A stretch of 63,565 bases of DNA, filler included, from Octopus bimaculoides (lineage: Eukaryota), in assembly GCF_001194135.2 (NCBI RefSeq). It is 6 parts of 6 records of this genome, joined end to end, with 100 filler letters (N's around TTAATTAATTAA, not from the genome) between each part and the next. Parts side by side here need not be neighbours in the genome. Positions count along the whole stretch, not along the records: positions 12,914 to 42,776 come from NC_068996.1; 5 more parts are not named here. The stretch is one strand, 5' to 3'. Below the pieces are notes generated by a model. That model saw nothing but the letters and a program-made list of their open reading frames with translations, ran no database searches and was not told the origin of the DNA. Shown here in pieces: positions 24,771-35,346 of this stretch; position 1 is the stretch's first letter, and every line of letters starts with the position of its first letter. Both the position numbers and the translations under genes were made by a program.

Positions 24771-25923
24771 TGGTGTTGGTAGTGGTGGTGGGGGTTGTTA
24801 GTAATAAGGAGCTGAAAGTCAACAATTTCTTTATTTTTGTGAACTGAAATTTATAAAATATACTTATCATTTAACACATGTGGCTTAGTGCAAGTAATAG
24901 CCATCATTGCCAACCGTACCATGACTACAAACAACAAACATCATCATCACCAGCACCCCTCCTCATTTAGCAATATCATTTCCTTCATTTTCCCCCTTTG
25001 TTCTCTGGTTTTGTATGTGTGTCTCCATGTCTCGATATCGGATAACAGTTGTAAGCAAACATCAACATCATACAAGCAGTGTCAGGGAAAAATATCACCT
25101 TGCTGGAAAACAGGTAAGTGGGTGGCAACAAGAAGAGCATCTTGCCATAGAAAATCTGCCTCAACAAAATTCATGTGATCCATGTAAGCATGGAAAAGTG
25201 GATGTAAAAACAATAATGATGAGGAAGATGATACACTACAATGATGCATGCATGTGCACACACATACACACAGGCAAATGCACACACACACATATGCACA
25301 TTTTATATATATATATATATAGTTTGAACTTAAAGAAAACAAAAGACAGAGACAGGTGAAGGAACAACAAAAAGCAAGTCTATCATTTTGACACTCAGGA
25401 ATAATTGAAAAATCTTTTGTTTCAAGCCTATGCTCTTTGACAGAAAGGACTGAGAAGGAAAAAATGGAGAGAGAGAACAGAAAAAAACAGAGAGAGGAAA
25501 AAGCGCAATATATATGTGTTTATGTATATATATGTATATATGTATATATATATATATATATATATNNNNNNNNNNNNNNNNNNNNNNNNNNNNNNNNNNN
25601 NNNNNNNNNNNNNNNNNNNNNNNNNNNNNNNNNNNNNNNNNNNNNNNNNNNNNNNNNNNNNNNNNNNNNNNNNNNNNNNNNNNNNNNNNNNNNNNNNNNN
25701 NNNNNNNNNNNNNNNNNNNNNNNNNNNNNNNNNNNNNNNNNNNNNNNNNNNNNNNNNNNNNNNNNNNNNNNNNNNNNNNNNNNNNNNNNNNNNNNNNNNN
25801 NNNNNNNNNNNNNNNNNNNNNNNNNNNNNNNNAAGCTGAGACTCCCACAGATAGCATCACTTGTAACTCACAAAGGCAAAAACAAGAAGAAAAAACAATG
25901 AAAACTAACCATTCCGAAGATTA

Positions 25924-25983
25924 ACCGTAGACGCGTTTCTGGATTATGAGTGATAAATACTCAATTTCCTTCATCAATACGGT
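25924..25983 (-). ncRNA. Type I minimal hammerhead ribozyme motif (C3U core variant)
   Basis: Minus strand: ACCGTA TTGATGA A GGAAATTGAG..CTCATAATCC A GAAA C GC GTC TACGGT; perfect 6-bp stem I, palindrome ACGCGT, GUC triplet. Confidence 0.7.
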
Positions 25984-26098
25984 ATTCCAGCAGTAAATTT
26001 GACTATGCTAGCAAACTGTGCAAGCATGAACAAGTAACATTCCACATCGACACAGATCTGAAAACATAACCGAATCCACCTCAGTCAGCCAAAAAGTG

Positions 26099-26130
<32 letters not shown>

Positions 26131-26201
26131 TGTATTCTTTGTATTGTATATTTTTAAGTTCTAACTGACTTAATGACTCTTAGTGTATTTATTTATTGCA
26201 G

Positions 26202-26256
26202 AAATGATATCTGTCTGTCTAGTTTACTTAAGGCTAGTGGACGAAAAATACTCTGA
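26202..26256 (+). CDS. Gene B candidate exon 4: (R)NDICLSSLLKASGRKIL*, or ending at 26232 if the GC donor AAG|GCTAGT is used
   Basis: Acceptor tatttatttattgcag; open in phase 2, compatible with exon 3; TGA at 26254-26256; AATAAA near 26467. Confidence 0.4.
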
Positions 26257-26613
26257 CCTAATTTAGTACATAGCCTTTCTGATTACTACTTCTAAACTTG
26301 AGGGTTACTCTTGAAATGAACTGATAATGGATTTTAAAGCCATATATTTCTCCCTACTACCTCTGCTACATTCTCCTCTCAACACAAATGTCTCTTTCCT
26401 AAATTATAAGAGTGTCAAAACCATTATATTTTAGCTCGTTTCAAACTCTACTAGTGGCAGCACCTTGAATAAAGCTGCATGGATATGTTTAACCTGGATG
26501 AAATCTTAATGCAGCTAAATTAATAGGATGCAAACAGACACTACATAAGATATCCATGCAGCAGAAATATATGTTGACTGGAAGTTTAAAGAGACTATTT
26601 ATGTATGTATATA

Positions 26614-27135
26614 CAAGGTCTGATCAATAAGTATCTGGACCGTTGCCATAGTAATAAAGCTAAAGCATGCAGAGTGAAGCCACTTGGCACAGATTGATCT
26701 TGAACTCTGCTGTGCATGCACACTAGTTTTAGCTTTCTGGCTCATTTCTGCTGTGCCAAGTTTGTTCCAAAATTGTTTTCAGCTGACCAAAAAGACACTC
26801 GGGTTTCAGTTGCACAAGATCTCCTTCATTATGTTGAGAAAGATGAAAAGTTTTTGAAAACTTTGCATAGGCCTCTGAGCAGGTATCACTAAGCTTTTGG
26901 TAAATTTTGATGCAGATTCTCTGCTTAACTTTCTCTGTCATGATCAATATGATGATCACACGCTACACACCTTCCTTTCAAGCACTGTTGTAAACTGCGG
27001 AAGTGAGCTAGAATGTTAAAACTTAGTGCGCATGCACAGCAGAGTTGAAGGTCAATATGTGCCAAGTGGCTTCACTTTGCGTGCTTTGGCTTCATTACTG
27101 TGGCAACAGGCCGGAAGCTTATTGATCAGACCATG
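26614..27135. mobile_element. Non-autonomous mariner MITE, about 118-bp inverted ends, TA target duplication, rearranged transposase remnants
   Basis: caaggtctgatcaataag...cttattgatcagaccatg flanked by TA; plus-strand AKFVPKLFSADQKDTRVSVAQDLL and minus-strand MTEKVKQRICIKIYQKL fragments. Confidence 0.88.
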
Positions 27136-27189
27136 TATGCATATATATGTATATGTATGAATATATACATGTGTGAAACATGATCTTTG

Positions 27190-27745
27190 AATGTTGAGCC
27201 TCAAGGAGGCAATGACAAGCAACTGAAACCCTTGGCAATATGCTGTGCATGAGAACCTGTCAAGTCATGTGAGACAGTAGTTGTGACCAATGCCAGTGTC
27301 ACGTAACTGGCCCATTAAAAGCACCCTTCAAATGTTGGGCTATATACTGTGCTTGTGAAGACCTGTCAAGTCAAGTGAAATCATAGTTGTGGCTGACGCC
27401 AGTGCTGTCTGACTGGTACCCATGCTGGTGACATGTAATAGTACCATTTGAGTGTTGGGCCTCGTGGAGGCAGTGACAGGTGACCAAGATCTATGCTGAT
27501 ATACTGTGCTTGTGTAGACCTGTCAAGCCAAGGGAGACCATAGTCGTGGCCAATGCCTGTGTCGGGTCAATGACACCCATGTCAGTAGGACATAAAAAAC
27601 ACCCACTACACTCTCAGAGTGGTTGGCATTAGGCAGGGCATCCAACTAGGAATCTTGCCAAATCAGATGGGAACCTGGTGCAGCTCCCCGGCTTACCAGT
27701 TTTCAGGCAAATTGGACAACAGACATAAAATGATGATGATGATGT
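27190..27745 (+). mobile_element. RTE 3' UTR fragment with three tandem subrepeats and (GAT)n tail
   Basis: Repeated tgctgtgcttgagaagacctgtcaagccaagtga units near 27240, 27345 and 27500, then the ggttggcattaggcagggcatcc segment and tail. Confidence 0.8.
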
Positions 27746-27961
27746 GTAGATACATGTGTGTATGTGTGTGTATTGTAATAGCACGCCTTTGATGCGAGTC
27801 AGAGGACATGCTTCTCCAATGCTTAACGCTGTGAATATCACGTAATTTTTCTTTTAGAATTTTCGCATAAACTGGCGTTGTAAATGGGAGATAGTATGGA
27901 AACATGTAATTTATAATAAAAAATGTGTTAAAGAATTTTCTTTGTCTTTTCATTGCATTAC

Positions 27962-27993
<32 letters not shown>

Positions 27994-28774
27994 CCCAGCT
28001 GCTTGAGAAGGCTCAGCTAGCCAAGTGAGATTGTATCCGTAGCCGATACCAGTGTCGCATAACTGGCCCATTTAAAAGTATCCTTGAATTGTCACTCAAT
28101 ATTCTGTACTTGAGAAGACCTGCTGAGTCAAGTGAAATTGTTGTTGTGGCTGATGCCAGTGCCACCTGACTGGCACCCATGCCGGTAGCATGTAAAAAGC
28201 ACCATCCAAGAGTGGTTGATGCCAGTGCCACATCAATCACACCATCCTCCAATACTTCCCCACTATCCTACACCACTACCATGCCACATTTGCACATCTC
28301 CACATACCCTCACACACACACCCAAGAAACCACATACCACACATACATCCCTATAAGCCAACCTCCCTAATAGATGCCCCATTGCAACTCCTCTCCACAG
28401 AACTGCATTCCTGCTCGCAATTTTTGTTCCTTCTTTTCCACCACCTTTCCTCTATTTTTTTCCCATTCTTCCTTTTCTTTCCTTTTTTCTCTGATGAAGG
28501 ACTAGCACCTGAAACATCAAGACTCTTTCCCTTCCTTTTAAGTATTAAACTATTACAACCACCTTTGTTGAAACTTATCCCTCTTATTTTGTCTTCTTTT
28601 TTGCTCATTGTCCAAAATGTATCATACCATTGTAAAGGCAGTCCAAACCATGCTAGCATGGAAGATGGATATAAAGTAATGATGATGATGATGAGATTCG
28701 CATATATGCCAAGTGACACATGCCTGTGTGTGTATGTGTGTGTGCGTGTGTGTGTGTGTATTTAACTTTAAACT

Positions 28775-29088
28775 AGCACTCCATGAGTTGTGACAATGAG
28801 TGTTCTAGTTGATCTGATCAACAGAACAACCTATTCACGAATTAATGTGCAACTGGCTGAGCACCCCACAGACATGAATACCTTAAATGTAGTTCTCTGG
28901 GAGATTCAGCATGACACAAAATGTGGCAAGGCTGGCCTTTTAAAATACAAATACTGCTCATTTTTGCCAGCTGAGTGGACTGGAGCAAAGTGAAATAAAG
29001 TGTCCTGTTCAAGGATACAACACACTACCAAGAATTAGGTTCACGACCTTATGACTGAGTCAAATACCCCTAACCACTAAGCCACACA
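28775..29088 (-). mobile_element. SINE family B variant (shares 3' module; partial copies 40935-41118 minus, 50790-50960 plus)
   Basis: Minus strand tRNA-like head gtggcttagtggttagg, ccagtccactcagctggc middle, and the same gagaactacattaagggtacacatgtctgtgg 3' module as the 8446 copy. Confidence 0.8.
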
Positions 29089-29139
29089 CCCTCATATATG
29101 TGTGTGTATGTCTACATATATATGTCTATTGAAAGATAT

Positions 29140-29905
29140 GTCTAGTGTGCTTCACTGGATGTGCAATGTCAGTGTGCATGCATGACAGAGCATAAATGTC
29201 TTGAGAAAATAACTGGGATTAAGAGGCATCAGATGTGGTGTGAGCAAGAGAGACGACTGCACTGGTATGGTCATATGATGTGTATGAATGAGGACTCTTG
29301 TGTAAGGAAGTACCAATCTCTAATTGTGGAGGGAACCTGTGGAAGATACAGACCCAGGAAGACATGGAACGAGGTAGTGAAGCATGATATTCGAATGTTG
29401 GGCATAATGGAGATGATGACAAGTGACCAAGAGCTTTGGTGATATGCTGTACCTGAGGAGAAGACTCGTAGTTGTGGCCGTTGCCAGTGTCATGTGAAAT
29501 CATAATCATGTGAAATCGTAATCATGGCTGTTGCTGGTAGCATGATCTTCAAACGTCAGGCCTAATGGAAGCAATGTCGAGTGACTGAGACCTTTCACCA
29601 TATGCTGTGCTCGAGAAGACTTGTCAAGCCAAGTGAAATCATAGTTGTGGCTATTGTCAGTGTCATGTAAATAGCACCTGTGAAATTGTTGCTAGAATCA
29701 TGAAATGGCACCCATGCCAGTGGCACATAAAAAGCACCCATTACACTCTTGGAGAAGTTGACGTAAGGAAGGGAATCCAGCCATAGAAACCATGCCAAAT
29801 CAGACTGAAACCTGGTGCAGCCTTCTGACTTATCAGTTCCAATCAAACCGTCTAACCCATGCCAGTGTGGAAAGCAGACATTAAATGAAGATGATGATGA
29901 TGATA
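29140..29905 (+). mobile_element. RTE-clade LINE 3' fragment (ORF2 C-terminus, 3' UTR, (GAT)n tail)
   Basis: RLHWYGHMMCMNEDSCVRKYQSLIVEGTCGRYRPRKTWNEVVKHD matches the RLRWxGHV..GRPRKTW RTE ORF2 end; terminates gtggaaagcagacattaaatgaagatgatgat. Confidence 0.88.
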
Positions 29906-31076
29906 ATATTTAACATAATTTTAACATATTTCATTACACCTAGACAGGCAAGTGGATCTTCTCCCAAAGTACTGACACCAGTCAGAATCTGACTTCAGCA
30001 CTTCCAAAGCCACCATCTGCAGATTCCATTTACTTTGAGTGGGAGGCACATTTTTATACAATTGCCTATCTCCATACACATCACATGCGGTCTTCTTTCT
30101 TGCTGCATACAACACTTGATCCCTCTTATTTCAATTTTTTTTTCTCTCAGTTCATTTGTGTCCTGACATTCATGCACACTAGTATATATATATATATTGG
30201 AGCCTGGTGTTGCCATCCAGTTTCACCAGTCTTCAGTCAAATCGTCCAATCGTCCAACCCATGGAAAGCGGACGTTAAATGATGATGATGATGATGATGT
30301 ATATTTTTAGATCCTGTCAAACTCTCCAACCCATGGCAGCATGGAAAATGGACATTAAATGATAGTGATGTGTGTGTGTGTGTGTGTGTGTAGATAGACA
30401 GATACACAGATATCATTTAACACCTAGGTTCCATGTTGGAAGGGTAAGATGGTCTGACAGGATCTGCTCCAATGTCTATTTTGGAATGGTTTCCTGTGGC
30501 TGAATGTTATTCCTAATGGCAATCACTTAATAGCATATACTGAATACGTTTTTGTGGCACCAGCACTAGTGAGGTTACCATGCAGCTTGCAAAAACATCA
30601 CCTTCAACTGAATATGGCTACAATTAAGGAGGTAAGAGAGAGTAGGTGACAACTGTAGAGATTGAGAGGGTTTAGAGGTGGCTGTTGTGGATGGTGGATA
30701 AGAGGTAGGGAGTGAACAGAGATACATATGATTTTGGTGGATGGGAGTTGGAGGAAAGTAGGAAATGACTGACTGTATAGGAAAAGAGTGTGTGTATATG
30801 TTTTTGTATTTGTTTCTCACCACTTGACAACTAATTTTGGTTTGTTTACATCCATGTAACTTAGTGATCCATTGAAAAGAGACTGAGAGAATAAGTACCA
30901 AGTTTATATTAATTACCGGGTTCAATATAATCTACTAAAACCCTTCAAGGTAGTGCTCCAGCATGGCTGTAGTTTAATGACTGAAACATGTAAAAGAATA
31001 AAAGATAAACATACCTATATAGGTTTTATCTCAAGCATACAACAGCTAATTCCTCGTTGTCAATTTTCTCTCTCAG

Positions 31077-31145
31077 CTTGCTTCTGTGTTGTCATTCATA
31101 CTTGCTGGTATTATACCTCCAGTTGTCAGGGGCTGCTCAGCTTAA
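31077..31145 (+). CDS. Candidate alternative terminal exon of gene B: LASVLSFILAGIIPPVVRGCSA* (hydrophobic C-terminus)
   Basis: Acceptor caattttctctctcag and phase-0 frame ending TAA at 31143-31145; needs the GC donor at 26233, so speculative. Confidence 0.25.
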   Translation, partial: LASVLSFILAGIIPPVVRGCSA

Positions 31146-32069
31146 TGGTACAAAGCACTCAGCTGGTATCTATCTGAAAGATACAGAGTTCAATTTTTTG
31201 TAGCCACCTGCTGGCAACATTTAAAAAATAAGGTGGCAAGCTGGCAGCATTGTTAGCACACTGGGCAAGATGCTCAGCAGCATTTCATCCATCTTTACAT
31301 TCTGAGTTCAAATTCCACTGAGGTCAGCTTAGCTTTTCATCCTTTCAGGGTTGATAAAATACATACCAGTTGAGATTTGGTGTTGATGTAATTGACTTAC
31401 CCTATACCCCAAAATTGCTGGACTTGTGCTAAAATCTAAAACTGATATTATACCTCCAGTGGAGAATGTTTGCTTTATATGTCTTATATCATCATCATCA
31501 TCATTGTCATCTTTATCATGCAATCTAAGTGAAAGAAGCCTATGGAAGACCAAGACTGAGAAAGATATTAGATGAAGTGTTGACCTTAGGACTCTGAACC
31601 ACATGAAGTTGATGACAAGGAACTGTAACAGGTGGCAAGTTACCCATCAAACCCATGCCTGGAAAGGAAAATGGATGATGATATTGCACCATTTTACCAA
31701 CCCATATATAACATGAGGGTAGCATTGCATCTTCTCCTACTCAACCCTTCATCCTTCTCCCTCATCCTGCTTCTTCATCACCCTTATCGCCCTGACCCTC
31801 TCTCACTAATTCCTTGATAAATACTTTTCCCTTCTCCTTTGCACTACTCACTTCCATCTTTCCTTTACATACCATTCTACTCATCTTTGTATAATGAGGA
31901 CTAGCATTAGACCCCTCCAACTTCCCTACTGTTTTACCTCTAACCCTTTCTTACCCTGATGCTACTTTTGCCTCCATGCTATTACCCCTTCCCCTAACAG
32001 TGTTTCTACCCTCTCTCAATAACTCCATTGAGAACTGTCTTGGATCCTAATGACTTGTCCAGCCCAAAA

Positions 32070-32925
32070 TGAAGCCAATATGCTTTGCTGGATGTGCAAT
32101 GTCAGTGTGCATGAGCAACAGAGTGTAAGTGCCCTCAGAGAAAAGTGGGGCGTAAGAGGCATTAGATTTGGTGTGCAAGAGAGACGACTGCATTGATTTG
32201 GTCATGTGATGTGTATGGACGAGAACAGCTGTGTAAAAGAAGTGCCAATCTCTAACTGTGGAGAGAACCTATGCGAGAGGTAGACCCAGAAAGACATGGA
32301 ATGAGGTGGTGAAGCATGATCTTTGAATATTGGGTCTTGTGGAGGTGATGACTAGTGACTGAGACCTTTGGCAATATGCTGTGCTTGAGAACACTTGTCA
32401 AGCCAAGTGAAATCATAGTAGTGGCTGTTGCTGGTGTCATGTAAATGACACCCATCAAATCATAATTGTAGCTGTTGCCAGTAGCATGATCTTCGAATGT
32501 TAGGCTTCACAGAGGTGCGGGACAAAGTGGTAAAGCATGATCTTTGAATATTGGGCCTCACAGAGGTGATGACAAGTGACTGAGACCTTTGGTGATATGC
32601 TGTGCTTGAGAAGACTCATCAAGCCAAATGAAACTGTAGACATGGCCATTGCCAGTGTCATGTAAATGGCACCCGTGAAATCATAGTCATGGCTGTTGCC
32701 AATGACATGTAAATAGCACTTGTGTCAGTGGCACGTAAAAAGCACCCATTACATTCTTGGAGTAGTTGCCATTAGGAAGATGATCCAGCTGTAGAAACCA
32801 TGTCAAAATCAGACTGGAACCTGGTGCAGGTCTCTGGTCTACCAGTTCCAGTCAAATCATCTGACCCATGCCAGCATGGAAAATAGATGTTAAATGATGA
32901 TGATGATGATGATGATGATAATGAA
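32070..32925 (+). mobile_element. RTE-clade LINE 3' fragment
   Basis: Same ORF2 C-terminal remnant (frameshifted), duplicated UTR units, and ccatgccagcatggaaaatagatgttaaat(gat)n tail. Confidence 0.85.
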
Positions 32926-33763
32926 GGCAAACTTACCAGTGCTGGTACTACAAAAAAAACACCCAGTACTCTTGAAATAATTGGTAATCAGTTAAAGCGG
33001 CAACAACACAAGACTTGAGAGTATTCTTTTATTGACGGCAAGTCATCTGTAGTGCTGGTGCCACAAACAAATTCACCCAGTACACTCTGTAATGTAACTA
33101 GTGTTAGGTAGGATATTCAGCCATAGAAACCATGCTAAAACTAAGATATCGAAGGAAGACATGATCTTCCAGCCTATTGAATTCTATCAAATTGTCATGC
33201 CCATTGCATTGTTTAATGTCTTCCATGCCAGCAAAAGGTAGATGGTTTGATAGGAGGCGACAAGTCAGAGGACTGTGTTGAACTCCATTGTCTGCTTTGG
33301 CATGGTTTTCACAGCTTGATGCCCTTCCTAATGCCAAATCTGAAATGACATTTTATTGTTTTTAGAGAAGGTTATAATGGCTTGATCTATTCTGTCTGAA
33401 ATGAAAACTGAAGTGATCATGGCTAGAATGCATTTACTTATACATTTACTCAATCAGGGTTGACCTATGGCAAAACAACAGCAACAAGTATCTCTGGATT
33501 CCTGGTTATTGTGGTCATTTTGGCCTCTTGCATCTTTTCTTTTATCTTTTACTTGTTTCAGTCACTCATGCTGGGGCACCACCTTGAATTTTTAGTTGAA
33601 TGAATTGACCCCAGTTCTTCTACCTTTAAGCCAGGTACTTATTCTATCAATTTCTTTTGCTGAACTAAGTTACAGTATGGTTGTCAAGTGGGTAGCTCTT
33701 TTGTAACACCAGCACTGGCAAGTTTGCCTTCATTGGGGGAGAAACACAAAGACACATACATAT

Positions 33764-34148
33764 ACAGGTGCTGGTGTGGCTGTGTGGTAAAAAGCTTGCT
33801 TCCCAACCACATGGTTCTGAGTTAAGTCTTTTTGCATGGTGTCTTGGGCAAGCACCTTCTACTATAGCCTCAGGTCGACCAAAGCCTTGCAAGTGGATTT
33901 GGTAGACAGAAACTGAAAGAAGCCTGTCGTATGTGTGTGTCCTTGTGTCTGTGTTTTTCCCCCAACCCACCGCTTGATGACTGATGTTGGTGTGATTACA
34001 CCCCTGTAACTTAGCAGTTCAGCAAAAGAAATCAATAGAATAATGTACTCAGCTTAAAAAGATAAGTCCTGGGTTCCATTTGTTTGGCTAAAACCTTTCA
34101 AGGCAGTACTCCAGCATGGCCACAGTCAAATGATTGAAACAAGTAAAA
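33764..34148 (+). mobile_element. SINE family A, full length
   Basis: Collinear with the 14013-14390 copy, more diverged. Confidence 0.85.
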
Positions 34149-34171
34149 GAATATATACATATACATATATT

Positions 34172-34205
<34 letters not shown>

Positions 34206-35310
34206 CACAAAATGGGACAAGAACACAAAACATCCGGACAGTTAGGTGATACAAAAATGGGACAACAAAACATCCAGATAGACAATACAAAGAAAACAAG
34301 GACGGGTCATTCGAAGTTTTCTTTCCTCAGTTGAGTTCCAGATTATCTTTGCAATTTCGGCTGGTTGTACTCAAGATTGCTCCAATCTGGCCATCCCCAA
34401 GGAAAAACTAAGCTAAGAGCATTAGATTCCTTGGAAGAAAGCAGCAAATGTATACAAAAACAAGGACGGAAAAAAACTGACAATGTTACATAAATACAAT
34501 AAAAATAACAACAGGACGTAACAAGAGGTGTCTGTCGACTAAGGATGAATAAAATTAAGCTGGCGTGTGTGGAAATAAAGCCTTACAGCAGGGATACAAG
34601 ATTTCACAAGTACAGGGAGGAATATCGATATTGCACGGACAACGGCCGGCCAAGAAAGAAAGATTAGGCTTGGCCGAATGCTGGTCCCTTTGGAAGAGAG
34701 GAGAGACAGGTAGAGGCAAAGGGACAAAAGAATTAAGGAGGGACGAGAAAAAATGGCAGGGACACAGTGAAGTGAAAAGTGAAGGGAAAGTGAGCACTGA
34801 AAGAAGCCTATCGTGTATATATATATATCATCATCATCATATATACATACACGATGGACTTCTTTCAGTTTCCATCTATCAAATGCACTTATAAGGCCTT
34901 TGTTGGCCCAAGGCTACAGTAGTAGACACTACTATAGCCCAAAGTGCCATGCAGTGGGACTGAGCTCAGAATCATTTGGTCAGGAAGCAAGCTTCTTACT
35001 ACATAGCCACGCTTGCATAGTTAATACTTTGAATTCATATCAAAATTTAAAACAAAAGAGTCACATGTGCAGGCATAACTGTCTGGTTAAGAAACTTGCT
35101 TTGCAAGCATGTGATTTTAGTTATGTCCTACTCCATGGCACCTTGAGCAAGTGTCTTATTAAAGGTCCTTGGATGACCAAATTGTGAGTAAATTTGGTAC
35201 ATGGAAACTTTGTGGAAGTGCATTGTGTGTGTGTGTTTATATATATATTTATATATATTGCCATAATAGTTCTGTAGCCACTACACATTCTTTATTTTCT
35301 CTCCTTGTTC

Positions 35311-35346
35311 CTTTCTGTGGAAGAGCATAGGCTTGAAACATTAAAG
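35311..35346 (+). repeat. Decayed hammerhead-like motif of a dispersed repeat family (related copies 25414-25448 minus, 28487-28522 plus)
   Basis: CTTT CTGTGGA A GAGC ATAG GCTT GAAAC ATT AAAG; hammerhead topology retained but the core deviates from CUGANGA. Confidence 0.45.

Noticed and set aside
27780-27960. Exon-like segment: plus NFRINWRCKWEIVWKH (27858-27905) or minus YAKILKEKLRDIHSVKHWRS
   Set aside because: Plausible on both strands with weak donors; cannot choose without transcripts.
34300-34420. Nested stems CCAGATT/AATCTGG and GCAAT/ATTGC with GAAA on the minus strand
   Set aside because: No CUGANGA core; a structured repeat segment of unknown family, not a recognisable ribozyme.
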